From positions 2,000,504 through 2,064,503 of the forward strand of contig OZ244707.1 of NCBI GenBank assembly GCA_965218875.1: 64,000 nt of DNA, in the 5' to 3' direction. Every line of letters starts with the position of its first letter. Position 1 is the first letter of the stretch. Positions 33,071 to 41,717 of the stretch are shown piece by piece. Below the pieces are notes generated by a model. That model saw only the letters and a program-made list of their open reading frames with translations, had not been told where the DNA came from and searched no databases. A program made the translations under genes and the position numbers. The stretch comes from Dehalococcoidia bacterium. GTDB taxonomy: Bacteria > Chloroflexota > Dehalococcoidia > Lucifugimonadales > UBA3495.

Positions 33071-34756
33071 TTGCCTGAGAAAATTCTCGTTGCCGTTGCC
33101 TGGCCCTACGCCAACGGCCCCCTGCATCTGGGCCACGTAGCCGGCTGTTATCTGGCCGCCGACGTCTTTGCCCGCTACCATCGCGTCAAGGGCAACCAGG
33201 TGCTGATGGTCTCCGGCAGCGACAGCCACGGCACTCCCATCACGGTGCGCGCCGAGCAGGAAAACGTGACGCCCCAGGAAATCCTGGACCGGTACCACGC
33301 CCAGTTCCTGGACACCTGGCAGCAGTTGGGCATCTCCTTCGATCTGTTCACCACCACCCACACCCGGAACCACGAGGAGGTGGTGCACGACATTTTCCGG
33401 GTCCTCCAGGAGCGGGGGTACATCTACACCGGCAGTATGATGCTGGCCCACTGCCCCCGCTGCAACCGCTTCCTCCCCGACCGCTACATCACCGGCGATT
33501 GCCCCTATTGCGGGAACCAGCAGGCCCGGGGCGACCAGTGCGATAGCTGCGGCCGTACGCTGGACCCTAAAGACCTGGTTGCTCCCCGCTGCGCGCTCTG
33601 CGGGAACACCCCCGGGTTCCGGGAGTCGGAGCACTTCTTCCTGAAGCTGTCCGCTTTCCAGGAACCTCTGCTGGAGTGGGTAAATCGCCAGCGCCACTGG
33701 CGTCCCAATGTCCTGAATTTCACCCGCCGCTACCTGGAAGACGGGCTCAAAGACCGGGCCATTACCCGCGACTTGACCTGGGGGGTTCCGGTGCCCCAAG
33801 AAGGGTACGACGACAAGCGTATCTACGTGTGGTTCGAGGCCGTAATCGGCTACCTGTCGGCGGCCGTGGAGTGGGCCGGAAGCCAGGGTGCCCCGGCCAA
33901 GTGGGAGGACTTTTGGAAGGACCCCGCCGCCAAGTCTTTCTACTTCATCGGCAAGGACAACATACCGTTCCACTCGATAATCTGGCCCGCCATGCTCATG
34001 GGCTACGGCGGCTTGAACCTTCCCTACGACGTGCCGGCCAACGAGTTCTTGAGCTTGGAGGACCGGAAATTCTCCACCAGTCAAAACTGGGCGGTGTGGG
34101 TCCCCGACTACCTCTCCCGGTACGACCCCGACCCGCTGCGCTACCTGCTGAGCATCAACATGCCGGAGACCGGCGACTCGGATTTTTCCTGGAGCGAGTT
34201 CGTCCGCCGCAACAACGACGAACTGGTGGCTACTTTCGGCAACCTGGTGCACCGGGTGCTGTCCTTCACCTACCGCAACTTCGACGGGAAGATTCCCGCC
34301 GCCGGCCCCTTGGGCGAGATGGACCGGCGGCTGTTGGACGCCGCGCGGAAGACCCTGCAGGCGGTGGATGAGAACCTCTACCACTGCCACTTCAAGGCCG
34401 CGATGGAGGCGGTGTTCTCGCTGGCCAGGGAAGCCAACCGCTACCTGGACGCGACCGCCCCCTGGAGGTCCATCAAGACCGAGCGGCAGCAAGCGGCGAC
34501 TTCCCTGTGGGTGACTATCGCCGTCATAAACTGCCTGAAGGTGGTGGTCTACCCATTCCTTCCCTTCAGCGCCCAGCGCCTGCACCAGTTCTTGGGGTTC
34601 GACGGAGCCGTTGAAGAAGACCGGTGGGACTTCGATAGCATCGTGGAGGCGGTGAAGGAGGGCGAGGACCTGCGCAGTCCCTCACCCCTGTACACCAAGC
34701 TGGATCCCCAGGTCGTAGAAGAAGAAGTGCGGCGCCTTAGCGCCACGGCCGCATAG
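33071..34756 (+). CDS. metG: Methionyl-tRNA synthetase
   Basis: YANGPLHLGH (HIGH), a zinc knuckle (CPRC...CPYCG), KFSTSQN (KMSKS) and an anticodon-binding domain. Confidence 0.92.
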   Translation: MPEKILVAVAWPYANGPLHLGHVAGCYLAADVFARYHRVKGNQVLMVSGSDSHGTPITVRAEQENVTPQEILDRYHAQFLDTWQQLGISFDLFTTTHTRNHEEVVHDIFRVLQERGYIYTGSMMLAHCPRCNRFLPDRYITGDCPYCGNQQARGDQCDSCGRTLDPKDLVAPRCALCGNTPGFRESEHFFLKLSAFQEPLLEWVNRQRHWRPNVLNFTRRYLEDGLKDRAITRDLTWGVPVPQEGYDDKRIYVWFEAVIGYLSAAVEWAGSQGAPAKWEDFWKDPAAKSFYFIGKDNIPFHSIIWPAMLMGYGGLNLPYDVPANEFLSLEDRKFSTSQNWAVWVPDYLSRYDPDPLRYLLSINMPETGDSDFSWSEFVRRNNDELVATFGNLVHRVLSFTYRNFDGKIPAAGPLGEMDRRLLDAARKTLQAVDENLYHCHFKAAMEAVFSLAREANRYLDATAPWRSIKTERQQAATSLWVTIAVINCLKVVVYPFLPFSAQRLHQFLGFDGAVEEDRWDFDSIVEAVKEGEDLRSPSPLYTKLDPQVVEEEVRRLSATAA

Positions 34757-34764
34757 GGGGCGGT

Positions 34765-35748
34765 TTGCTCGACGGCTCCGATGGAATCATTGCCTCGATC
34801 TACGCGCCAGTCCGCGACGAGCTGCGGGAGGTGGATGAAAAGCTCCGCGGTCTGTCTCGGACCGAGACCCCGTACCTGGAGCCGCTGCTGGACTACGTGA
34901 CCAGCACCGGGGGCAAGCGGATGCGGCCGGCGATGACCCTGCTGTCCGCCGGCTTCTATCCCCACAACCGGGAGCACGCCATCACCATGGCCGCCGCCGT
35001 GGAACTGCTGCACGTGGCCACCCTGATCCACGACGACACGGTGGACAACTCCTCCCTGCGCCGGGGCAAGGCCACCGTGGGCAATGTCTGGGGCCACCAC
35101 GTGTCGGTGCTCTTCGGCGACTACATCTTCGCCACGTCGGCAACCTTCGTCTGCGACACCGGCAACATCCGCATCATCCGCCGCTTCGCCGAGACCATCA
35201 TGGACCTGGCCAGCGGGGAACTCATCGAGTTCTTCAGCGCCTTCGACCCCGAAGAGGCCCTCAAGCTCTACGACGAGCGCATCTACCGGAAGACGGCGTC
35301 GCTGTTCTGCACCTCCGCCGAGTCGGGCGCCATTCTGGCGGGCGCGCCGGAGTCGCAGGTTCAAGCCCTGAGAAACTATGCCTACAACGTCGGCATGGCC
35401 TTTCAGGTCATGGACGACTTGTTGGACGTTCAGGGAGACTCGACCGAGCTCGGCAAGCCGGTGGGCAATGATCTGATGCAGGGCGTGCTCACCTTGCCCA
35501 CCATCAAGCTGATGGAACGGTATCCCGGCCAAAACCCTGTCGAAAAGCTGCTGATGAACCGCGGGGAGACCACCGAGGTGCAACAGACCCTGGACATGAT
35601 CAACGACTCGCCGGTCATCGACGACTGCTACGCGGTTATCCAGCAGTACTGCGACAACGCGGCCAAGGCCCTCGACGCCTTGCCCGATTGCCCTTCAAGA
35701 CGCTCTCTCTTGGAGCTTTGCCGGTTCACCCGGGAACGACGGCACTAA
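34765..35748 (+). CDS. Polyprenyl diphosphate synthase (long-chain trans-IPPS)
   Basis: FARM LIHDDTVDN and SARM FQVMDDLLD, with GKRMRPAM near the N-terminus. Confidence 0.88.
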   Translation: MLDGSDGIIASIYAPVRDELREVDEKLRGLSRTETPYLEPLLDYVTSTGGKRMRPAMTLLSAGFYPHNREHAITMAAAVELLHVATLIHDDTVDNSSLRRGKATVGNVWGHHVSVLFGDYIFATSATFVCDTGNIRIIRRFAETIMDLASGELIEFFSAFDPEEALKLYDERIYRKTASLFCTSAESGAILAGAPESQVQALRNYAYNVGMAFQVMDDLLDVQGDSTELGKPVGNDLMQGVLTLPTIKLMERYPGQNPVEKLLMNRGETTEVQQTLDMINDSPVIDDCYAVIQQYCDNAAKALDALPDCPSRRSLLELCRFTRERRH

Positions 35749-37516
35749 GCCCGGAAGCCTCACTCTGCCAGGCCACGCGGCCGCCCACGATGGTCAACAC
35801 CGGGCGCACCCGGTCGAGCCGCGACGGGTCTGCGCCCAGCGGGTCAAGGTCCACCAGCACCAGATCGGCCAGCTTGCCCGCTTGAATGCTGCCTTTGAAG
35901 CCGCTGCTGCCCTCCGAGTAAGCGCCCTCCAACGTGTGCCTGCGGAGCGCGGACTCCGTGGTTATCGCCTGCGGATCGGGCTGTCCTCGCCGTCCGCCCG
36001 GGCGCAAGCTGCGCCCCGACCGGGCGGCCCCGGTGACCGCGCTATAGATCGCCGGCCAGGGATTGGGGTCGATCACCGGCGCGTCGGACCCGAAGGCCAC
36101 GCTTATTCCCAAGCCGGCCAGCGCGCCCAAGGGGTAGAGCCACGGCAGCAAGTCGGGGCTCACCTCTTGCCGGTAGCGCTCGCCGTTCCAGTAGACGAAC
36201 CCCGGCTGGGTCACCACCATCGCTCCGCTGCGGCGCAGCCGGGCGGCCAGAGCCGGGGGACACTCCGAGCAGTGCTCGATGCGGTCAGGTGGCATAGCCG
36301 GATCCGGGCCCGTCGACGCCCCAGGCCCGGCGTCTCGACGGCGCCTTAGGCCCATTTCGCCGGGAGGCGTTGCCGGGGATGCTTGATCAACCCCGGCGTC
36401 GAAATCCGATGAATGGGCGGGTCCTCCAAGGAGGCGCGGGCGCCGCGGAGCCGCCCCCAAAGCGTCAACCGCAGCGGCGACCGCCTCCTGCTCCACGGCG
36501 TGGACTGCCACCGGGAAGCCCGCCTGCCGCGCCTCCCGGACCATGAGGGCCAGCGTCTCCGGGTCCGGGTAACACGCGCCGGTGGTGGTGGTGAGCATTA
36601 CCTTGACGTGACCTAGCCTCAGCGTGAGACCTCCCTGTCCCCAGCGGAAGCCCTCCGCCAGGAAATCTTGAAGATGCGCGGCCCCGGCCATCATGGTTAC
36701 CCGAGGCTCAAACAGTCCCGACGCCTCCAGGTTTTGAAAGACGCGCCAGCGGGCGGGGCCGTTGTTGGGTCCCGCGTCTTGCACCGACGTAATGCCGTAG
36801 CTGAGCAGCCGGCGGTTTAGCTCCGCCACACCCTCCCCAAGATCGTCGTCGGTCCGGAGTTTGCCCAGTCGCCGGGCCAGATACCCTCCCATCTCCAGAA
36901 GGAGGCCGGTGGGTTCGCCGGTGGTCTCGTCCCGGCAGATGATCCCGTCCACCGGGTCGGGCGTGTCCCGGTCTATCCCCGCCAAGTGCAACCCCTGGCT
37001 GTTCAGTACCGCCGCGTGCCCGCTGCGGTGGTCCAACCGCACTGGATTAGCCGAGGCGGCCGAGTCCAGGTCCCAGCGGTTGGGGTGCCGCTTTTCCGCC
37101 AGGCCTAGGTGGTCATAGCCGAAACCCCGCACCCACTGCCCGCGGGGCGTCTCCCGGGCGCGGCTCCGCACCGCCTGTTGCAGGCGTCCTATGGTGGGAA
37201 GGGACTCCGGAGAGCAGTCCAGCCCCCGGAGGGAGGACGCGGCAGCCAGCAGATGACAGTGGGCGTCGACGAATCCCGGGAGCAGGGTCATTCCCCGGCA
37301 GTCGATGGTGCGAGTCCCAGGCCCCGACAGGCCCTCTACGTCGGCGCGGCGGCCCACGGCCACGACCACCTCACCCCGGACTGCCACGGCTTCCGCCAGG
37401 GGCTGTTGGGGGTCCATGGTGACGGCCTTGGCGTTTACCAGCGTCAGGCTGGCCGGCCCGGAAGCCGTGCGTCCGCCGGTGATTCCCACGGGCATGGGAT
37501 GGGGTTGTTCCACCAT
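35726..37516 (-). CDS. Amidohydrolase family protein (Amidohydro_3-like metallo-hydrolase)
   Basis: PGFVDAHCHL metal-binding motif, VAVHAVE, and C-terminal GSDAPV...GSIQAGKLADLVLVD. It contains a low-complexity insert and has a 23-bp convergent overlap with the previous gene. Confidence 0.75.
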   Translation of the reverse strand: MVEQPHPMPVGITGGRTASGPASLTLVNAKAVTMDPQQPLAEAVAVRGEVVVAVGRRADVEGLSGPGTRTIDCRGMTLLPGFVDAHCHLLAAASSLRGLDCSPESLPTIGRLQQAVRSRARETPRGQWVRGFGYDHLGLAEKRHPNRWDLDSAASANPVRLDHRSGHAAVLNSQGLHLAGIDRDTPDPVDGIICRDETTGEPTGLLLEMGGYLARRLGKLRTDDDLGEGVAELNRRLLSYGITSVQDAGPNNGPARWRVFQNLEASGLFEPRVTMMAGAAHLQDFLAEGFRWGQGGLTLRLGHVKVMLTTTTGACYPDPETLALMVREARQAGFPVAVHAVEQEAVAAAVDALGAAPRRPRLLGGPAHSSDFDAGVDQASPATPPGEMGLRRRRDAGPGASTGPDPAMPPDRIEHCSECPPALAARLRRSGAMVVTQPGFVYWNGERYRQEVSPDLLPWLYPLGALAGLGISVAFGSDAPVIDPNPWPAIYSAVTGAARSGRSLRPGGRRGQPDPQAITTESALRRHTLEGAYSEGSSGFKGSIQAGKLADLVLVDLDPLGADPSRLDRVRPVLTIVGGRVAWQSEASGLSAVVPG

Positions 37517-37599
37517 AGGGGCGATGGCCTGGCAAGGGGTTCTAAAGCCGTCGGAAACCGGGAATCGCGCCTAGACGCTCTCTCCCGCCAGCTTCGCAA

Positions 37600-37745
37600 G
37601 TAATCGTTCAGAATCGGTGAGCCCACTGGCACGCAACCGTTCGTCCTGAGCGAAGCGAAGTGCAGCCGCAGGCGGAACGAAGCGCAGTCGAAGGGCCTGT
37701 CCTGAGCCTGTCGAGGGGCCGATCCCCTCGACTCTGAACAGTTAC
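37600..37745. mobile_element. MITE-like element of a second terminus family (element F) with an 8-bp direct repeat
   Basis: TIR GTAATCGTTCAGAATCGG versus the reverse complement GTAACTGTTCAGAGTCGA (about 15/18). CTTCGCAA occurs at 37592..37599 and 37746..37753. The interior has CGTCCTGAGCGAAGCGAAG.../GTCGAAGGGCCTGTCCTGAGCC units. Confidence 0.7.
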
Positions 37746-38087
37746 CTTCGCAATTCTAGCATAGCTCCCGGTCCGGACCCCCAGGACCCCGCGCCATCCG
37801 ACAGGCCGGGCCTTGGTAGCGTCGCGGCCTGCGGCTTGCCCGCGCCTGATATCTGCTGCGACCTGCTATTATGTACCGAAACTTCAGGCGGGGATTGACT
37901 TGAAAGCGGTCGTCTTCCACCGGGACCTGACGCCGTGGGCCATCCGCGGCGGCTGCCTTGGGCTGATGGACGGCCAAACCGGCGTTCAGCGTTGAGAGTC
38001 CTTTCCAGAATCCCCAGAACTCAGGGTCACCCTCCCGCAGAGGTGAGCGCGGGAGGCGCCTCTGGGCCCGGGGCTGGCGGGTCAGCG

Positions 38088-39089
38088 GTGAAAGGGTGGC
38101 CGCGCCGTCGCGCCGCCGCCGCCGCCGTGGTGCTCCTGGCCCTGCTGGGCGTGGTGCTCGTCCTGCTGGACTGGCGGGAAGCTCGGGACGTCTTGGTGCG
38201 GGCCCGCTGGCAATGGCTGCCCCTGACCCTCGTCTTCACCGCCGGGTCCTACCTCTGCCTGAGTTACAGCTTCGCCCTGATCAACCGGGCGTTCCGTGTT
38301 CCGCTGGCCGGCAGGGAGCTATGGTGGGTGGGGTTCGTGTCTTCGGCGATGATTGCAGCGGTGGGGGGGCTGGCGGGACACTCCCTCCGGCTGCTCCTGA
38401 TGGCCCGCCGGGGGCTGCCGGCGGCCGACGTGATGGCGCCGTCTCTCTTCCACTCCTACGTCGAGAGCCTGGTTTTCTTCTCGCTGATCCCCGCCGGCCT
38501 GGTCTACCTGCTGCTGACCCACCCGCTGTCTCCCGGCGTGTCCATCTGGCTTGGCGCGGGAACGGGAGTCCTGGGCGTAGCTTTCGCCATGACCGCCGTG
38601 GTCTTCTTCTTCCCTCCGGCGCGGGCGTTGGCCCTGGGGGTGGTGGGCGGCTTCTGGCGCAGGGTTATCCGAAGGGACATCACCGAGTCGCTCCGGCGCT
38701 TCGACTATACCCTGAGTCAAGGGTTGGCGGGACTGCGCCGCCGGCCGCAAGCCTTGGCGTTGCCCCTGGCCCTGGTCCTGGCGGACCGGGTGGGCCGGGT
38801 GGTGGTGGTCTGGTTCTGTTTCCAGGCGCTGGGCATCGACGTGGGCCCGGGGGTGGCCGTGACCGGCTTCTCCGTGGGCGTCGCGGCAGGGGTCATGTCC
38901 ATGACGCCCGGAGGAATCGGGGTCCAGGAGGGCTCCATGGCCGGCACCTACCACCTGCTGGGCATGCCCCTGGAAGAGGCGGTGCTGGCCTCGGTACTCT
39001 TCCGGGTGGTTTACTACATGGTTCCCTTTGCCGTTAGCCTGGCCTTCTACCGGCGGTTGCTGCGAGCCAACGAATCTTCCCCCGCCTAG
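38088..39089 (+). CDS. Flippase-like / lysylphosphatidylglycerol-synthase TM-region family membrane protein (UPF0104)
   Basis: Polytopic membrane protein with multiple hydrophobic helices and the C-terminal GGIGVQEGSMAG motif typical of this family. The start is uncertain (GTG 38088 chosen). Confidence 0.6.
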   Translation: MKGWPRRRAAAAAVVLLALLGVVLVLLDWREARDVLVRARWQWLPLTLVFTAGSYLCLSYSFALINRAFRVPLAGRELWWVGFVSSAMIAAVGGLAGHSLRLLLMARRGLPAADVMAPSLFHSYVESLVFFSLIPAGLVYLLLTHPLSPGVSIWLGAGTGVLGVAFAMTAVVFFFPPARALALGVVGGFWRRVIRRDITESLRRFDYTLSQGLAGLRRRPQALALPLALVLADRVGRVVVVWFCFQALGIDVGPGVAVTGFSVGVAAGVMSMTPGGIGVQEGSMAGTYHLLGMPLEEAVLASVLFRVVYYMVPFAVSLAFYRRLLRANESSPA

Positions 39090-39322
39090 CGGAAGGATGG
39101 ATGGTACGTCATTCGTTCCCCTTCCTTCAAAACTCCCGGACACCTGGCCCTTGCCCCCTCCGGTGCCCACTCCCTACACTGTTAACAGGCAGCTATTAGC
39201 GGCCTGCCAAATCTATCAAACCGCCACTCAGGCCCGTGGCTCAAAATGGCTCACAATGGCCCTGAAATAAAAAACCCCGACCTCTCCCTACGCCGGTAAT
39301 CGGCTCTCCCTATACCCGCCGT

Positions 39323-39694
39323 CGCCTTCAGGCGCCCCGCCCCCTGTCACGCCGAGTCCGCCTTCAGGCGCCCCGCCCCCTGTAGGCCGAGTCCGCCTTC
39401 AGGCGCCCCGCCCCCTGTCACGCCGAGCCCGCCTTCAGGCGCCCCGCCCCCTGTCACGCCGAGTCCGCCTTCAGGCGCCCCCGCCCCCTGTGACGCCGAG
39501 TCCGCCCTCAGGCGCCCCGCCCCCTGTCACGCCGAGTCCGCCTTCAGGCGCCCTGCCCCCTGTCACGCCGAGTCCGCCTTCAGGCGCCCTGCCCCCTGCC
39601 ACGCCGAGTCCGCCTTCAGGCGCCCTGCCCCCTGTCACGCCGAGTCCGCCTTCAGGCGCCCCGCCCCCTGTCACGCCGAGTCCGCCTTCAGGCG
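39323..39694. repeat. 36-bp tandem direct repeat array (10 full units plus a partial one)
   Basis: The unit CGCCTTCAGGCGCCCCGCCCCCTGTCACGCCGAGTC starts at 39323, 39359, 39394, 39430, 39466, 39503, 39539, 39575, 39611, 39647 and 39683. Units are 35-37 bp with point differences and there are no spacers. Confidence 0.9.
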
Positions 39695-39748
39695 GGCGAG
39701 GGGTCTAAAGTCCTAGTTAAGGCCGTGCTGCTGGCCGCCAGGCGGTTG

Positions 39749-39851
39749 AGATTCCTCGCCGCTTGGCGGCCACGGAATGACATAGTGGGGGCGCTGCTAG
39801 CTATTTTCATAATAATGACAAGGTTTAGAGGCCGACAAATGAATGGCCCTG
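39749..39851. repeat. Partial MITE-like element (same family as B/C/D/I), inverted orientation
   Basis: The reverse complement reads CAGGGCCATTCATTTGTCGGCCTCTAAACCTTGTCATTATTATGAAAATAGC...GTCATTCCGTGGCCGCCAAGCGGCGAGGAATCT, near-identical in layout to the left part of element C. Confidence 0.7.
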
Positions 39852-39870
39852 TTACACTACACTGGGCTTG

Positions 39871-39899
39871 TTGACGTGATATGCCCGTCCGCCTAAAAT
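39871..39899 (+). promoter_or_regulatory. Putative sigma70-type promoter upstream of the mqnA-like gene
   Basis: TTGACG (39871..39876), 17-nt spacer, TAAAAT (39894..39899), about 100 nt before ATG 40001. Confidence 0.5.
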
Positions 39900-40000
39900 C
39901 AGACCCGCGCGTCGACGCCTCGCCTGTGTCACAGCGGCGTCAACGCGGTCCGAAATCGCAGCCTGAAATCCCATCCGAAATCTGAGGCCGGTGCTGGTCT

Positions 40001-40756
40001 ATGGCTGTCAAAGTTGCCCGGGTCCCACACCTGAACACCGAGGCGTTCTACGTAGACATGGTGCGCCGGGGCCTCGAGTTGAGGGAGATACCCCCCGGAG
40101 GCGTGGCCGAGGCCATCCGCAGCGGCGAGGTGGACGCTGGGCCGGTGCCGCTGGTCGACGCCTTCGAGCTGGAAGACCAGTGCAAACCGGTATCGGGGTT
40201 TTGCGTATCCACCACCGAAAAGGCCAGGAGCGTCCTGCTTTACTCCCAGCGGCCCATTGAGGAGCTGGGCGGGGCCCGGGTCGGCGTCCCCCAAAACTCC
40301 GGCGCGTCGCTGAAGCTCCTCCAGGTGCTGCTTGCCCTGCGGCATGGAGTGCAACCCGAAGCGTATGTGGCGACCGGGGAGCCCAACGACGCCTTCCTGA
40401 TCACCGATGACCAGGCCCTTCGCCGGCGGTTGGGGGCCCGCGGACACCCTCACCGCTACGATCTTGGGGAGGAGTGGTACCGCTGGACGGGGCTTCCCTT
40501 CGTGTTCTCGCGCTGGCTGACCCGCAAGGACTTGTCCCCGGACCAGTTCCTGCTGCTGGAGGATACCCTGTACGTGGGGCTGGAAGAGGGGGTTGAGTTG
40601 CTGTTCCACGAGTCGGAGCCCCGCGACCGGTTGCTCATGCTGCCCAAAGACATCGTCGAGTACATACAGGGGTTCCGCTTCTTCATGGGGCTGTCGGAAC
40701 AGAAGGGCATGAACCTGTTTCGAAAGTACCTGGACCAAATCGATGCCCCCGGTTAG
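40001..40756 (+). CDS. mqnA: MqnA-like chorismate dehydratase (futalosine pathway, VitK2_biosynth/PF02621-like)
   Basis: VARVPHLNTEAFY, GEVDAGPVPLVD and RYDLGEEWYRWTGLPFVFSRWLTRKD match the MqnA family pattern. Confidence 0.7.
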   Translation: MAVKVARVPHLNTEAFYVDMVRRGLELREIPPGGVAEAIRSGEVDAGPVPLVDAFELEDQCKPVSGFCVSTTEKARSVLLYSQRPIEELGGARVGVPQNSGASLKLLQVLLALRHGVQPEAYVATGEPNDAFLITDDQALRRRLGARGHPHRYDLGEEWYRWTGLPFVFSRWLTRKDLSPDQFLLLEDTLYVGLEEGVELLFHESEPRDRLLMLPKDIVEYIQGFRFFMGLSEQKGMNLFRKYLDQIDAPG

Positions 40757-40807
40757 CCTCTCGCAATTTGCCCATCGCGGCCCGCCGCCGGGCTGAACCG
40801 CGGGGGC

Positions 40808-41677
40808 ATGGTGGCAAAAGTAACCGAGCGGTGCTTCGAAGCCACGGGACGCACGGCCTTCATTTGCGACTTCTCGCCTCCCCGGTCCGGACAGCCCTCC
40901 GTCCTGGACCAGGCCGTTCCGGACGCCGATTTCCTGGCGGTAGCCTACAACCCCGGACGCGCGGTCAGAGTCAACTCCGCCATGCTAGCCGCCGCGCTCA
41001 AGCATCGCCTGGGCCGCGACGTGGTGTTCATCCTGGCCACCAGGGACATGAACCGGCTGGGGCTCCAGTCGCTGCTCCTGGGAGCGCAACTTCTGGGCCT
41101 GGAAAACGTGGCGGTGGTCCGGGGCGACCCCTTCGGCCCTCGTGACCGGGGACTGGTGCGGGACGCATCCGACACCTCGCCCACCCAGTTGGTCTCCGCC
41201 ATCGCCGAGATGAACCTGGGCCGAGACTTTCGCGGGTCGAAGCTGGCCGCTCCCACGGACTTTTCCATTGGCGCGACCTTGGACCTGGGCCGAGGCGTCG
41301 AATCGGAGGCTGCCCTGGCCCACCGGAAAGTCCGGGCCGGCGCCCAGTTCTTTTTGACCCAGCCGATATTCGAAGCCGCCGCGGCCGCCGGATTCGCCGC
41401 GGCCTACCGCGCCGCGGCCGGAGAGGCTTTGCCAGTGCCGGTCTTCTATGGTCTGCAGGTCTTGGAGAAGGACGGGGTGGTGTTCAGCTCGGCCCCTCGG
41501 GCCATACTGGAGGAGTTGGACCGGGGTAGGCCCGGCCCGGAAATCGCCCTGGAACTGTACGGGCAGTTCCGGGAAAAGGGCCTGCGCAACGTGTACCTGG
41601 TGCCCCCCATCCGCCGGGGAGGCGGCCGGGACTACGACGCGGCCGCCGAGGTCCTGGCCGGCGCACCCCGCACCTGA
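40808..41677 (+). CDS. Methylenetetrahydrofolate reductase family protein
   Basis: FICDFSPPR, DFLAVAYNPG, ATRDMNR, ENVAVVRGDPF and RAGAQFFLTQPIF follow the MetF/MTHFR motif order. Confidence 0.7.
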   Translation: MVAKVTERCFEATGRTAFICDFSPPRSGQPSVLDQAVPDADFLAVAYNPGRAVRVNSAMLAAALKHRLGRDVVFILATRDMNRLGLQSLLLGAQLLGLENVAVVRGDPFGPRDRGLVRDASDTSPTQLVSAIAEMNLGRDFRGSKLAAPTDFSIGATLDLGRGVESEAALAHRKVRAGAQFFLTQPIFEAAAAAGFAAAYRAAAGEALPVPVFYGLQVLEKDGVVFSSAPRAILEELDRGRPGPEIALELYGQFREKGLRNVYLVPPIRRGGGRDYDAAAEVLAGAPRT

Positions 41678-41717
41678 GCGGGGAGGCCCGCACTGAGTTA
41701 GTGCGAGTTAGTGCGAG

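Noticed and set aside
39323-39708. The 36-bp direct repeat array considered as a CRISPR array, and the Pro-rich ORFs 39490..39708 (plus) and 39471..39674 (minus) considered as genes.
   Set aside because: The repeats are contiguous with no spacers, and no cas genes are nearby. Unit lengths of 35-37 bp shift the frame between units, so no reading frame is preserved across the array.
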